NCBI GenBank assembly: GCA_000934665.2
Contig: JYFJ02004390.1
Coordinates: 1 to 64,000 of the forward strand
DNA from: Catajapyx aquilonaris
Lineage: Eukaryota
Direction: 5' to 3'
DNA length: 64,000 nt
This document shows, in pieces, positions 22,324 through 36,600 of this stretch (positions are counted from its first letter, which is position 1; each line of letters opens with the position of its first letter). Made by a program: the position numbers and the translations under genes. A model generated the notes under the pieces. That model had not been told where the DNA came from. It worked only from the letters and a program-made list of their open reading frames with translations, and searched no databases.

Positions 22324-25300
22324 CATGTATATTTCATTACAGATTAAATATTATAGCAACATTCGTTGACTGTTAGCTACAAGGTATACAAGCAAACTCC
22401 ACATTTTCCCATAGGTCCCCCTCGAAGTGGATGTATCGAGCTGTGGCTTTTTAAAAAACATTAAAAATCAACCTCTCCTCTCTTCCTCCCCCAGTGAAAA
22501 TATGCATGCACATCCTCGAGGAGTTTTTTCGACGCCAAAATATCCCGCTTGAAAATTCATGAGGGCAGGCCTTACATGCATGGTACAGTATATGTACTCG
22601 TATATGCAATTATGCACGCACCCCGTGTGGTCCACACCAAACTCCAGGCCTGTGTGATGAGGTTCAAAAATTAATGTTAAATATGCCGACTAGAGTAAGG
22701 TTTTAATTCAAATTTCAATGTATTCAATGTATTTATTGTATGTTCTATCATAGATTTTATTTCAAGTGTAAGAGGCGTATTGGAAAAAAGCTAAAGATTG
22801 ATATTATTTCTAACAATTAGTAATATGAGAAAATATGAGTTTATTCACTGCTTCTCCGGGCACTGAACAATTAGGCTACGTGACAATACATCACTTACTC
22901 CAATCTAATATTGTGTGCGTGAAGTCCTAGTCACCTCAGTAATCCAGTACTAAGCATACCAGAAACTGGCAGGCTATATGACCACAAATTAGGTGTGTGA
23001 CTGTGTGCAGCTTAGGTTTGGTCAAGCTTCCTTTAAATAACCCCATGACGGCCCCCCTGACGTTATGAACAATTCACTTATGTTCCGAAGCGACCGACCC
23101 CATTCAGCTACACTTTCATATCGGCTGACGCTGCACTTTTATCTACTTTTCTAGGCTTGTATCTGCTGAAATATAGACCTGTATCTGCTGAAAATAGGTC
23201 TGTATCCGCCGGTAAGGAAAGTTAAGGTCATGGGTTGTGGTGGTACAGCTAGCGTACCCATATACCCCTCCCAAATCCGATGCGCCGATATGAAAGTCCT
23301 TCCCCACATTCTTCACCAGCACCTTCATCGGAATGCAAAAAAAGTGCGGGTACATTTGACTTTGTCATATGCCTGCCCCTGTTTGGAAAGTCCTTAACCT
23401 CGACACATCCGCCACCCAGACCTTAGGAGACACGAGACATCTGCTGTGATCAGTCGTGCATGTAGTGTCCAAACTCGACTATGGATCTTTACTCAACTTT
23501 CCATCATTGTGGATGAACCAGCTCTTCGGCTTGAATGGGCGCGGCCAGGAAGTGGTGAGTACAGTACATTGGGGAACCCTTTACTGGAGGCACGTGTGTT
23601 TCATTTTGAAAGCGCAGTTAAAAGTGCTGCTTGGCCACAAAATAAAAAGAATGAGGGTTTAGAGTCCAGAGAATGGAATAGGATGGCGCGGAAGATGGCC
23701 GTAGATGCGTGGAAAATCTTTTGGGAATAGGGTCTGGGAGAGTGATTTTACTGCGAGAGATAGTCTGTTGGAAGTGGATGGTGTGGTCAGGCGGGATGGC
23801 ACTCCGGAGGGAGATTGCTCCCGGATTGCTTCCAACCCCACAGGCAAATTTGGGGGACCGGTCCTCCCAATCACGGCCTGGAAGATTTCCTTCTCTCAAT
23901 TATTCCCCGCTTAAAACTGGTAGGAACGATTGCGCTTCTATTTAGCTCCAAAAAGCTGGAGCTACACACTATTCCCAGCTACCATACATTTTTCTGGCAG
24001 TGATACTACTTATTCACAGCATGAATCAACTCTTCTGGCATGTTTGTGTCCCTATCCTGTTCGTTTAATGCGTTGCAAACAGCAGCGCACATAACATGAG
24101 GGTTGCAGCGGGATCATAATTTTTACAGCATTCCACTGGGAGAAAGAGCAAAAAAATTGCGAATATTGGGGTAGTGAACAGTGCGCATTTTTGGGAAATC
24201 ATAGCTAGGGATGATTTTTTCTCTCTCTCTCTCTCTCTCTGGACAGATGAGGCTTCTGCTATTCTGGTCCTACGATGCAAAATGGTCCTAGGGCCACGAC
24301 CTGGTCTATGTCATTTGCATGCTTGACGTGGAATACCGTGTGACGCCTGTTCCGCCCCCGTGACCTTCCCCACTCACCATCCCCTTTTTTCATTAGCATT
24401 AAAAAAAAATTGTGAGGGCGGTCCTTTCCATTCCCCTAATTTTTTATTCTGAGCACGACATTTCTGACTCGGTCAGGTTCAACTGTTTTAAAATAGGGAG
24501 CGTACGGGATTTATAGCCGCTTCGACACGCCTATCAAGTGTCTGTTTATAAGAATAGTAATTCGCACCTGTGGGAACGCGATTTCGCTTTCGACTCGCGC
24601 ACCTTTTTTTCCCCCCGAACCGTTCGAGTATAATTAATTTGGTGTCACAATATTGTATATTGGCGCCATTCGCTGCGCTTAAAACACTTGGGGAGCGTTC
24701 TTGCACCCCGCCGTTATACAGTGCTGATTAGGTGAAAGTGCTAAAGGTTTTTATTCGTCGGGAGGGAGAGGACTTTATGGCTTCTTTATGGGCTATTTCT
24801 GAGGTTATGCAATAATACCCTCTGTGGATTGCGAACAATATGGAATAGCCCTTTGTGTATTATTGTCGTCATTTGATTGTCCCTTTTTTTTGTTCACACC
24901 CCGCTTAGCACCACCGTCAAATAGCGTCGCTTTATTCCTGGGATAGCAAACTGTCCGGTGGAATATTGCATGCATCTTGCAATATAATAAATGACAGCGT
25001 GGAGTGTTGCAATAAGTGCAGGGCAGAAGGTGCGAAACCAGACTCGTGTCCGGAATAAGAATAGTCGGTGATTGGTGTGTGGAGACATCTTGCGAGGCCT
25101 TGATTTGAGACTTTGTATTCCGGGAAGTGTTGAACATGCAGCAGGCGGCGGCTCTTCCTCCGGTGCCTCCATCTGACGCTGTACAATCCACCCTACCCAC
25201 TGAAACTCCTTTTGGCCCAAGTAGTATGTGCCAGCAGGCCAGATGAACGATCCGGGCCTCCCGGATTGGCCTCCTGCCACTTCATCTTCCGGGCATGCCG

Positions 25301-27145
25301 TCTGCCACCTTCCACGGATTTGCTTGTCTAATTGGGTTCCGCCCTTGCTGCCTCAGCACACCCTTAGTTCCGAGGAGGCCTTTTGACCTCTACGGCTTAC
25401 CGGGATTAACGTGCTTGCTAGCTGCGATGCAATGAATAGTCTCGCCAGCGTCTCCACTAAAGGATGCTTTCAACTTTTGCTACCACCAGCCCTAATAATG
25501 AAACAGATACCGCCACGTTTGAGGGATGCCGCATTCGACTGGAAGAAGGGCTGGCTGGCTGACCAGAGTGGACTTTGAGAAGCTCCCAATTCCCTACCTG
25601 AACTCGGTTTCAGAATATACATTGGAATCGGGCTATTTTTAACGTGGTGAAAGGCAGGATTTTACAGTATGTTATAGTAAATCTCCAATACAAGTGTTTG
25701 CTGTATTTCATTATTGAACAAGCACCATGCTACTGGGCATTCTGGTAATGATTTCGTTTACAAGTGCTTGGCCTCGTTTCACTTAAGTAATATCTGAAGA
25801 TGGTTTTCAGATGTGCCTCAAGTGCTTTTAGTGTCGACAACCTTGGTGTATCTCTGAGAGTTTCAATAACTTAGAATGCCTTTCAGCATCCCTTAATTAG
25901 TTATAATTTGCTCAGAGAGTAGCCTACAGTTACGGGTATACGTAGTTGTGAATTACTCCAAATAGCTGCTTTACTGTAAGCTTGGAGAAGTCTATACCTA
26001 CAGTCGGTATTTGTGAGTTGTCCTTAGGGACAGAGCCAGAGCTTCTGGAGAGTGCACTAGAGTCAGAGAAGGCAGCATGAGCAATGTCGAACTTCCAGGA
26101 GGCCTAACTGTAAGCTGCACTCGCTAGTCGTTCGGAAAAGCTTCTGAATTTCTGAGGTACCTCATGGGCCTTGACTAACAGTAGGCTACATTCTAGTTGA
26201 CCTGACAACTATCAATATAAGAAACCAATCAATATTGAAGTAATGTGAAAAAAACTGCCATACTCGTAAGGGAGATCGGGGTCGGTTGTAACACTTTTTA
26301 GTATGGATTTTTAAATTCAGTTACATATGCATTTAGGCAAAGGTTTATGACATGGTGGAAATAAGGCAACATTCCTCTTTGTAAAATTAATATTGTAAAA
26401 TCTTAACATTAAAAATTGATAGATTTATAAATATTTTTCCAAGGCAAGGCAGAGTGTTACAACATCGGGGTGGTTGTAACAGAGGGTGGGTTCGATTGTA
26501 ACACTATGTCTTAAGGGGAAAATGTAATATGGAAGAACAATTTACATCCACTCATCTTCTCGACAATTGTCTTATAGCCTACTTGATCCACCTCGATTAC
26601 TCTCTATCTCTCGATACGTTGGAATTTATTCAGCAGAAAAGTATTGCAAGAGAAGGATTTTTTATTCATATTTTTCGACAAACTGGTTATAAGAGGCTTT
26701 ATTGCACAAAATAATAACTATTTCTACTCTCAATATCCCGTGAGATATGTGGGATATGTAGCTGTAACATCTGTACACAGACTTGATCTTTCTCTCATGA
26801 TTTTACCATGTTACAACTTACCCCAAGGAAGATCCTTCTAAAGTTCAAATGGGAAGTGATGAGCTGGTTTTCTTACCACCATGGTGAGGCCTGCACCACA
26901 AAATATACTTACCCCAAGGAAGCTGTTACAACTGTCCCCATTGAATGTTGTCTTATAGATATGTTTACTACTTTTTAACTGTGCACATTATTTGGTCATC
27001 CATACTGTCAGTGTCACCCCACTAAAGGAACCTTTCTCATGATACTATAATGGCAATTCAATGTCACCTCTACTCTTCACATAATCACTTGATTACTGCC
27101 ACTTAAAAAAGTAAGGAACATACCCTGATTTTGGTTTTTTGCATA

Positions 27146-28552
27146 CAATAAAACTTCTATAAGTCGAATCTCCATGGGACCGGGAAAAAACTTCTAGTTA
27201 TAAAAGATTCGAATTAGAAAAGTTTGGAATTTTTAAAGTACATAACTCTATAATGAAACCTACGTTTATATCCAGCAACGTGTTCAAAACTTAAAAATAA
27301 CTGTCACTATCACACTTACCAAGGGAACCTCTCGAAGTGTCACTCGAAGTTCAAGGTCAAATATTTTTTTCGGGTTCCTTATCAGCTAGAAGGGAAACAC
27401 CTTTCCTGAGAAATCCTCGATCTCAAGAGTTTTCGAGATACAGAGGTCAAAAGGTCAAGAATGGACCACTTTATGAAGGCCCTGAGGAAGCTATAATTAC
27501 CGCTATTGGCGAGATTTTTGGGATCTAGAGGTTTCTTGGGATGGGGAGTAGAGAGGCAAAACCGAAAATCATGAATTATGCAAATGAAGGGTACTTCTCA
27601 GGGAAGGGGGTGGGGGACAAACTTACCATATACAAAGTATTTTCTACTCCTTACGTCTTTAGGCAGTGACTGGACACCCAAGTTGGTGAATTTCGTCAGG
27701 AGGAGTGCTTCAGAAATTCTACATAATTCATGTTTACATGATATAGTTATTGGAATTCACCAACTTGGGTGTCCAGTCACTGCCTAAAGACGTAAGGAGT
27801 AGAAAATACTTTGTTTATAGTAAGTTTGTCCCCCACCCCCTTCCCTGAGAAGTACCCTTCATTTGCATAATTCATGATTTTCGGTTATTCCCTCTGTACT
27901 CCCCATCCCAAGAAACCTCTAGATCCCAAAAATCTCGCCGATAGCGGTAATGATAACTTCCTCAGGGCCTTCATAAAGTGGTCAATTCTTGACCTTTTGA
28001 CCTCTGTATCTCGAAAACGCTTGAGATCGAGGATTTCTCAGGAAGGATGTTTTCCTTCTAGCTGATAAGGAACCCGAAAAAAAATATTTGACCTTGAACT
28101 TCGAGTGACACTTCGAGAGGTTCCCGTTAGTGTTCCTCAATGTTTTGTTGTAAAATAAAATCTCCTTTATGGACATTTGCCTACTCTTAGATTCAAGGAT
28201 TCAATTGTCACAATCGAGGGAAACACTTCTTTCGGTACATCTGGTAGACGGAGATCAGGAAATTGAGCCTTTCTGTGCATGTGGCTTATACTCTCGACCC
28301 TTCGGCTGGGAAATGAGACAATTTTCCGTACTCGCCAACATGAACTTCGACTTAGGGAGACTGAAAATGCATAGATATCCCATCGTAAGGCCCTGCCAGC
28401 ACTTCGAGTTATGGAGAACTTCGAGTTATAGAAATTCAAGTTAGGGAAGTTTATTTCCTATTATTTTACATTGTGACCAACCAAGCTCATCATTTTCTTC
28501 GACTTATAGAGAAGTTCGACTTAGGGAAGTTCGACTTACAGAAGTTTTACTG
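27146..28552. mobile_element. MITE family A, copy 4 (interrupted by an 800-bp palindrome)
   Basis: TA|CAATAAAACTT...AAGTTTTACTG. Colinear with copy 3 on both sides of the insert. Confidence 0.9.
27323..28125. mobile_element. ~800-bp near-perfect foldback element without a clear TSD
   Basis: GGGAACCTCTCGAAGTGTCACTCGAAGTTCAAGGTC... and its reverse complement. ~370-bp arms around a ~60-bp spacer (27692-27752). Confidence 0.88.
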
Positions 28553-29675
28553 TTAACAAAAAGCCAAAAAAGAGAAGCCTGAATTTTGCCTGGCTCAGAG
28601 GCCATAGTGACACATGTGCTGTGTGAGTTTCAGCTTCAGGGATTTCCAAACGTACTTATTGTCGGCGATGTTACACCCGTACCCTGGTACAGCCGACCCC
28701 GATATCCCTTACTCTATAAACAATCTCTAAATCATCTAAGAAAAATCATGATTAAAATTGTAGCCTCCTAAGTCAATACTGTAGATATTGAATGATATTG
28801 CCGTAAGATTTAAAAATCGGAATATTTCCGAAATATACTCGGATGGAAATAATACAATAATGTCCATACTGTGCTGCCACCTGAAATGCCCACTAGTGTG
28901 TAGGATTGATCGTGAGTGTGCAAAATTCACATTTGTTGGGAATTAATGACAAACCATTCCCTAAACAAGAATACATCGAGAGACAAATATGATTTGATGG
29001 CATTGTATTAGCCAGAAGTAGTTAAAGAATTTTATTGATTCAACATTTGGTAGTGATACATGTCGCCGCCCATATCCATAGGACAAACAGACGAATTCAA
29101 CATTTTCATAACTTTTCAGGAGATCCAAAAGAAACCCGCAAACTGCTCTAGAAAAAAGAGAATGCTACGTGAAATCTTGACAATTGGAAATTGTGCACAA
29201 AATGTAGAGTACTTCCCACGCTCATGTGGAATTTATTAAAGCATGTACTATGCATGTAACAATGACATTATTGTTGCGAATTCGCCCTTTTGGAAGCTTT
29301 TGCTTGGACTAAATGATTGTTGCAAAAAGGACGTATACGGTATATGAACTAGCGATGGGGCCAAAATCCCGTCGCGCTTAAAAATAACGGTTCACTTGTA
29401 GCGTGATTCTCAAATCACGTACACTATTCATGATTTTATTTAATACCGTCACAAAGCATGCAAAATTAACTCAGTTCTTCACGAATTGATTTATATTGAC
29501 AATGCTCTTGGGTATCGTTTGGTAACCATAATACCTTGCTAAGGGTAGGTCTAGAAACAGGAAGACATGTTTTTGATTGTTATATTATTTATGATATGTT
29601 ATTAGTTTCATCGATATGATTGTGTGTTGTTATAGTTGAATTGTGTGTCCTTCTTCGCTGACTGCCTTTTATTGC

Positions 29676-29704
29676 GATGATGATGATGATGATGATGATG
29701 ATGA
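29676..29704. repeat. (GAT)n microsatellite
   Basis: Direct reading. Confidence 0.95.
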
Positions 29705-30329
29705 ATAACGGAAAATAAAAATGTAAAAATACACAAAATTTAATCATGCTCAAGTTCATAGCTGTTATTTTCGTACCGTATATTATCATCACGATTATCA
29801 GTCTAGTCTTTCAGAGCAAAACGTGATAAATTCGCGTTCAGAGCAAAGCGTGATTGAATCACGTTGAGCTTGAGACGTTTCACGATTAACGTCCCGAATT
29901 TTCACTCTTTGCCCCAGATTTTTTCAAACGTCATTCGGAACCCCTGTTTGTCCCGGATTCGGCCAAGTTGTCACGGCTATTGTAGGATTAACACAGTAAC
30001 ATGTCTGTAAGAGTAAACATGTTACTCGCCGAGGTGGTCGGTTATTATTATTATTGGGGGGAAGGCTCATAACATCTCATTATGGTGGCAAAAATTATGA
30101 TTGTTATATTAATGCCTAAATTAAATAATGGTACACTTTCAATGGTTTTCTAAACCCTTCCTCACCCCCTCCTCTCTACATTTATTATAATTATGAGGTG
30201 TCCCGTTTTGGGGGCTCTCAAATTTGGTCACTTCCCCTCGATGACGTATGCCTGGCTCGCTGTAGTGGCTCTCTAGTGGTGGGTGGTGGGGCATGGCTTG
30301 GGTGTTCTTGTCTTCAATAAGCTGTGGGA

Positions 30330-30546
30330 CCGGAAGTATATGTGTTTACTGTAACTGTGGGGACTACTGTCCCCACAATTTCTCTTGTGGGGACATTACC
30401 GTTATGTGTGGGGACGTTACCGTTATAGTGGGGACCATGTCCCCACAATTTCGATTTGCAGGGTTTCGCAAAAGTCCATTTCTCTCAGCCTAGTTGAGTT
30501 AGGGTAGGGTATAGGTTAGGTAGGGTAGCGTAGGTTAGGGTAGGGT
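30330..30546. repeat. GTGGGGAC/GTCCCCAC repeat cluster followed by a degenerate telomere-like (TAGGG/TTAGG)n tract; probable TE end
   Basis: Four GTGGGGAC and two GTCCCCAC copies in 30357-30447. TTAGGGTAGGGTATAGGTTAGGTAGGG... at 30499-30546. Confidence 0.55.
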
Positions 30547-30613
30547 AATTTACACTAGCTTCGAAAAGTTGAGTTTTCAACATCCCCATAGCTTTTATTG
30601 AGCGCAAGTCTTC

Positions 30614-30657
<44 letters not shown>
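30614..30657. repeat. (GT)n(GA)n compound microsatellite
   Basis: Direct reading. Confidence 0.95.
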
Positions 30658-33600
30658 CGGGTACATAGGCGAGTAGAAAAAACCGGCCGGAAAGCTGAAT
30701 TTCAAAATTAGCTAGTGCGATTTATTAGCTAGTAATTATAGGCTCACGCTTTTCAAAAAATAGCAATCAGGTTTATCACTGATGTGGGAAAATCGCGCTT
30801 TGGCCCTTTGACGTATTAGTCATTTTTCTTAGATTCACAATCTTCGTGATGCTGTATCCGTCCTTTTCATTTCCGGCTCTAACTCTGACGTAATTTGTCC
30901 CATGAATTTGTCAGAATACGACGCAGCATACTTGACGGTGCTGGCAGTGGCCATAACTCAATTTTGGGGAAAAAAAGTTGAATTCGTCTGTTTGTCATAT
31001 GTGCGACGATGTGTTGTAGATAATAGGTAGTGTATCATGTATATGAAATGTGCAAATTTTTGCAGCATATACAATAACAAACAGCCTCCTGCATGCAGTA
31101 TTATGGTCTCCTTGTTAGATTGTCACGCAAAATATGGTGTGATTATGTCTGAGGAATAACTGCAACACGAGCTTTTATATTCCACACGTATTGGAAAAAC
31201 AGTAGCTTGGGTTCATGAACGTGCATCCCATTTTCCAAAGCTTCGGTGCCATGTATTTGCCACTCTCATGTTGGATTTTGTGAGGAGTGGCCTATAGCAT
31301 GTCATGTAGAAGCTTGATTCCACCTCTAACTCAGCGGAAAGCTGTGGAGATGTCAGGTAATTGAAGTTGACAATGTGGAACAGAGGAAACAAAACATGCA
31401 AAATAGCTATACACTTTTTTGGAAAAAGCAACGTTACAACTATATGAACCCATGATGCCAAACCCATGGACAGACCTGAGGGACGCCACAGGCGATGCAT
31501 GCTGGTCCGTCGACATTGTGCCTAAATTCATTACCCTAATGGGCTATCTAATTTTTGTTTCCAAATTAATTTTTAATACCTATGAATATTTCAAATGACT
31601 GGTTTTTTAAAAACAACTGTAAAGAGGATGGATAAGGCATAATATTGGTAGGATTAATAAATGAATGGGTAACTGAAATCAGAACAGTGACATTGACATT
31701 GAAATGACAGCATAAATCGAGAAGTGTCACTGAACATGAAAATTAGCAACTAATGTGACAAATTGACATCTAATTGACACACGTTTAAATATGGTGTCAT
31801 AGAGAGACACGGTTGTAACAAACATTGTAAAAGCTAGCCGCAGGGACTTATTTAAAAAAGCATAACTGCAATTGACACGACGGGTTGCTAGTGTGTCTAA
31901 CCAAGTGATCACTGCTATACTGTATAGCACGCTTCCCTTACTGTAGATGAGCCCGCATCCTGTACTGCACTATATGCTCCGATGAATATATGCCACTATC
32001 TATGGGCCTGGATCAAAAGCAGTAGTCAATGAGATTTTATCTCAGTATAAACTCTATCACCTTCTACTTCAGCTGATATTGTAATTTTGCAATAGGAAGC
32101 AATTTCCTATCAACCGCAAATGCAATTTTCATTTCTGAAATGGTTTTCGAACTCACGAGAGAAGAGTTGAGGGGCTCCCCTTGCGTTTCTTTTTTTTTTC
32201 TTTGTTGCCCCTGGGCAAAAATACATGAACAGAAAACTAGGAATGAGTCTTTTCCAAGTAACCAATCGCTGGCAAGTTTTCGGCTCGAAAGGAGTCGAGG
32301 GAGAGTTTTGGTAGAGTAAGTGAACTGTTGAGGAGCGCGTACATCGAGGGAAATTATTGCTCCTGTAAAATTAGTTTGAGAAGGTAAGGATGCTGGGAGA
32401 GTAAGGATCCGTCCCCCTTTTCTCTCTCTACCCTGCTTCCTCGAGAAGAATAATAGCGGTGACTTGAAAGTTCTCAAGAGACCGCACAGAAGGAGTCGGA
32501 TGAGGAAGATGAGTAGACGGAGATTGGTTTCCGGTGACTCTTCAGTACCTTTTGTGCTTTTCTCCATTTTTGAAAAAAAAAAAAACCTTCTCTCTTCTCC
32601 AACCTCAAACCGCGCTGCCACCTCCCCTTCTCCCCCCTCTTTTTTTATCTATCTCTTTCCCTTTCCACTTTCAATCGATTCGCTCTCAGGAAGTTTGGTT
32701 TGAGGTTTGCTGAGAGTTGTGGGAGGGCCAAAGAGCTGCCCTCAAAACCAAAAAGCTATTTAAATTTTGTGCAAAACTATGGTGTTGGAAGACGTGTTGG
32801 CAGACTTTAGATATTGGGTGTTTTTTAAACCGATGAATATTCCTTTGTTGATTTAATGGACCAATAACAAGAAAAGTTGAGTCTGGAGGAACATTTTGGG
32901 CAGGGCTAATGGAGACGTGGGATTGTATGGCGTGAGGGAGGTGGAATAGGTGGGTGAAGGGAGAGGGTTATAAATCCAAGCTGCTTTCCCGGCATCACTT
33001 TCATAATGAATCATGTGCATAGTGGAGGCTGGGCTCGCAAAATCAGTCAAAGGCCCTTCCCCCACTAGATGCGATTCACAAGTCCTTATTGGCATTTGAG
33101 CTATTTATCATGGAGGCAGCTGAGCCTCCTCGCTCTGGATTTATTCTCCCAGCCTTCCTTTTGCGAGCATCCCGAGCGCCCAAAATCTCCCATAATGCCC
33201 CGGGCTCCCACTCCTCTTACGTGGAGCCCAACCTCTACTTATATCTCGCCATATAGGAAATAGCCCTCTTTGTAGTTGGGATTAGCAATTTTTGTATAGT
33301 TAGGTGGAGGCGGGTTCAGTTGCTTGTAGCCGTGTCGGTACCCGCAGAGATTAGGGTGAAATGTTGCATGTACGCGGGAATTTTTCATGCACAAACCGCA
33401 GTCTGCGTCCAATATTTTTTGAAAGGGGAGCCTCTTTAAAGGCGGTCTGCTCACATATTTGCCTGGGCTGCTGGTGGGTTTTCAGTAGTATGAAGGGGTG
33501 AAGAAGCCGTTCAAAAATAACGATATGAGAATTTCAAGAAAATAATAAAAAGATCACTAAAGGAGGATGTATAGGCTAGTGGCGATACCATCGATTCAGG

Positions 33601-36600
33601 CAGAGTCCAATACTATACTACTTTGAGACTCCAACTTGCACAAGTTTTGTCGAAGGTAAAGTATGCGTGATAGATTTTCAATAACTTATAGTACGGTTCA
33701 ATTATCGAACTGAAGTCGGGGTGTATAGCGAACTTTCCATAAACTTTTTGACGTTCCAGTTCCCTTCATGATCAGACACCGTGCAATATTAGGGTACACT
33801 ATACGGCGTATATACCCTGCCAAAGTGGCTTTCCTATACGACTCGAGTAATCTTACCTAAGCTTCTGGAAAAGGAAGTGTATATACTGTATAGGTAACTA
33901 CTGATCCTGATAAAGACCCGCCGCTATACGCAAAGTCCTCCTAATAAAAATCTGGCAGTACATCACCAATTGGATTCCTAGTACACAAAACAGGTTCTAA
34001 ATCAGAGCAACTATTTTTCTCACAACCAAAGCTTTGCTTAGTACCACACGAGCTTCATGCAACTGCCCCTGAAGCAGGTCTCAGCTCACACTTGTTTATA
34101 AATTCAGCCACGCAAGGACCAAAATCCCCTCGACCTACCTTGCACCCTAACCCTCAGTGAAGTCATCCCATTATACATTTAACTCTTTTTAATCCAGTTC
34201 CCCTTCGTATATGGGCTGAAAAGGGCGCAAAAAAGCCCACCCAGGAGCGTGCAAAATGAGGTCCGTTGTTGGTGACAGCGCGGATTCCCCTTAGGTTCGG
34301 CGCAGCAAATGCAATCAGAAAAGGCCAAAGTTGGCAACAAACAACACCGATCGCCAGCGCCAGCAGAGACCAGGCGGGGGGGACACACCCACATGTGAGG
34401 GCGTATGTAGGGCGGGCAAGGGTGTAAGGACAGGCCGGAAGGGGTTACACGAACGGTAATGAGCTGTGCAGAAAGAGAAAGCCAGCCCTCTTCTGACAAA
34501 CCATTTCCGCCACTTCCGTAATTGGATGCATTATACGGAAATAAAGCGGGATTATTCTGACGAAGGAGGACAGTTGGGGGGGTGGTGCGCAAGCAAGAAG
34601 GGAAATGGGCCGAGGAAGCTGGACCAGGGAAAAGTGATTATATGCTGCTTGGAATATTAGCCTGCTTGTTTCTGGTTGGATTAGGTCAAAACACAGGCTC
34701 ATTTTATTCGGGGACCCGTATATCAACTCACGGTTTGCGGATTAAAATAATCCAGTATTAAGTGCTCACCTATTATTGATTCGCCATGATACTGTACGCA
34801 GAATATGCTGCGCTGCACATGTATTTTATTGGCCGCGCTTAAAAGGGCATAAACTAGGCCATCAGTTATGACAGCCCAACTTTCCCTGATGCTGTGGTAA
34901 TAACGGTAATGAAATTTTATTCCCTATTATTGTTCAATAGATAGTTTATTGCTGGACGATCCCTGGTGGAAAATATAGCAATTAAACAAAATGACTTATG
35001 GGCAGATGCTGCCTAATGTTTTGTATTACTGACCAGTCGCAGCTTTTGGATGCAAGGAATGCCAAGGGCTTACTATGATATCTCGAATTATTTGCAGAAT
35101 TTTTGTGTGTGTATATCGTATTCAACATCTCAAAGACAGATTTCTCACTAACACCATGAAAGAAATACAAAAAAGAGACAAGTCTGATTGAGAGTCTGCC
35201 ATGGTGCAACACAACAGTGGGGAACAAAGTATATTCTGCATAGGTTTCAGATAGGAGATCGTGCAAGGAATAAATTTGAGAGTAGGGGAGGAGCCTTTTT
35301 TCCAGTGGAGGGTTGTAGTAAGCATTAAAAGAAGGTTGGTGGGGGGGGGGGTGTTTTTCCTTGGCAAGGATCCAAATGGAAAATAAATAGCAGGGGAGGG
35401 TATTATTCTCATTTTTTCCTCCCATCTTGTGCGAGTCCATCAAAGCAAAATACCCGCACCTGAGTAGTGTCGCTTTACATGAAATGGGTCAAGGATGAGA
35501 GGATTTGCATGATTGAGTCTATTTCCATGATCAAACAACGGAGATCATCAGGGAGAGGGAATTGCGGGCCTGGCTCTAATGGTGCAAGTTTTTCAAGTGT
35601 TTCGCTTTCATTTCCGTACAACTTTTCATCCCGCATTTATTCAGAGACGTCTTCGCATTTCTAATTTTGAAAAGTTACACAGAGAATTACTGGGGTGCTG
35701 GTGTCCGCATGAAAGTAGAATCGGGCGCACACTTCCATAGTGAAAGAATTATATTTTGTCTAAAGGTGCCAAACGCTTGTAATGTGACACTTTTCAGGGT
35801 TATGAAGACGACATTACAGAGAACATATAGGTGTCACATCATAACCCTTGATTATGGCCATGAATGTTAAAGGATGCCACAAATGAGATATAGCCCATGA
35901 CCCCAATAATGTCGAATTATCATGCTATACGAGGCAGCCCTAATTAATAATGAAATGTGCGACCTTCATTAAACAGTTTACTGTAGGTAGTTTATTAGAG
36001 AGTTTGTTTTTCATGTTGGCTATTTTTTTTTTTTTTCAAAAGATGACGAGAATCAGAAATCAGTAAGAAATGAGGATTCAGGGTTAAATTACTGGATCCA
36101 GCAAAAAAGTAGAGTTTGTAAATAAGACGAGGAGGAATGATTGGTGATGCTGTAGATATCGTTAGGTTGATATGCAAAAAAATCAACAAGTGAGCAAACA
36201 ACTTTTGAAAAGAGCATATATATGAGCATGGGGGATTCTTGCAATCTTCTCCCATCCCAATCAATCTCGTCCATTTCCGCTGACACGATGGCCTACATCC
36301 TAGCGCCGAAAATAGCAAACGTAGAAAGAGGAGCATGCAATACAAGGCAGAGGAGCTGCTGCCGAGGAAAATTCCATCCAGAGAATCTCGGGAGGGGAGA
36401 GAAGGATGGGGGAAGGGAGGAAGAGGGAGAGAGGAGTAGCTGGAATCAATTCCGTAGTGCTCAAATTGCCTGTCTATTGAAGAGTGAGGGGATTCCTGCT
36501 GCGGCCGCAGCCAGAACTAATAAAAAACAATCCTGAGGGAACTAGAGAGGAAGGAAGATGGAGCTACGAGGAAGTCTGCGGGAAGCCCCCTCCAGTCATC

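Larger units (their letters stand above)
26269..28709. mobile_element. TA-flanked TIR element (Tc1/mariner-pogo/Fot1-like) with nested insertions
   Basis: TA|AGGGAGATCGGGGTCGGTTGTA...TACAGCCGACCCCGATATCCCT|TA. GTTGTAACA/TGTTACAAC subterminal repeats. Confidence 0.78.
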
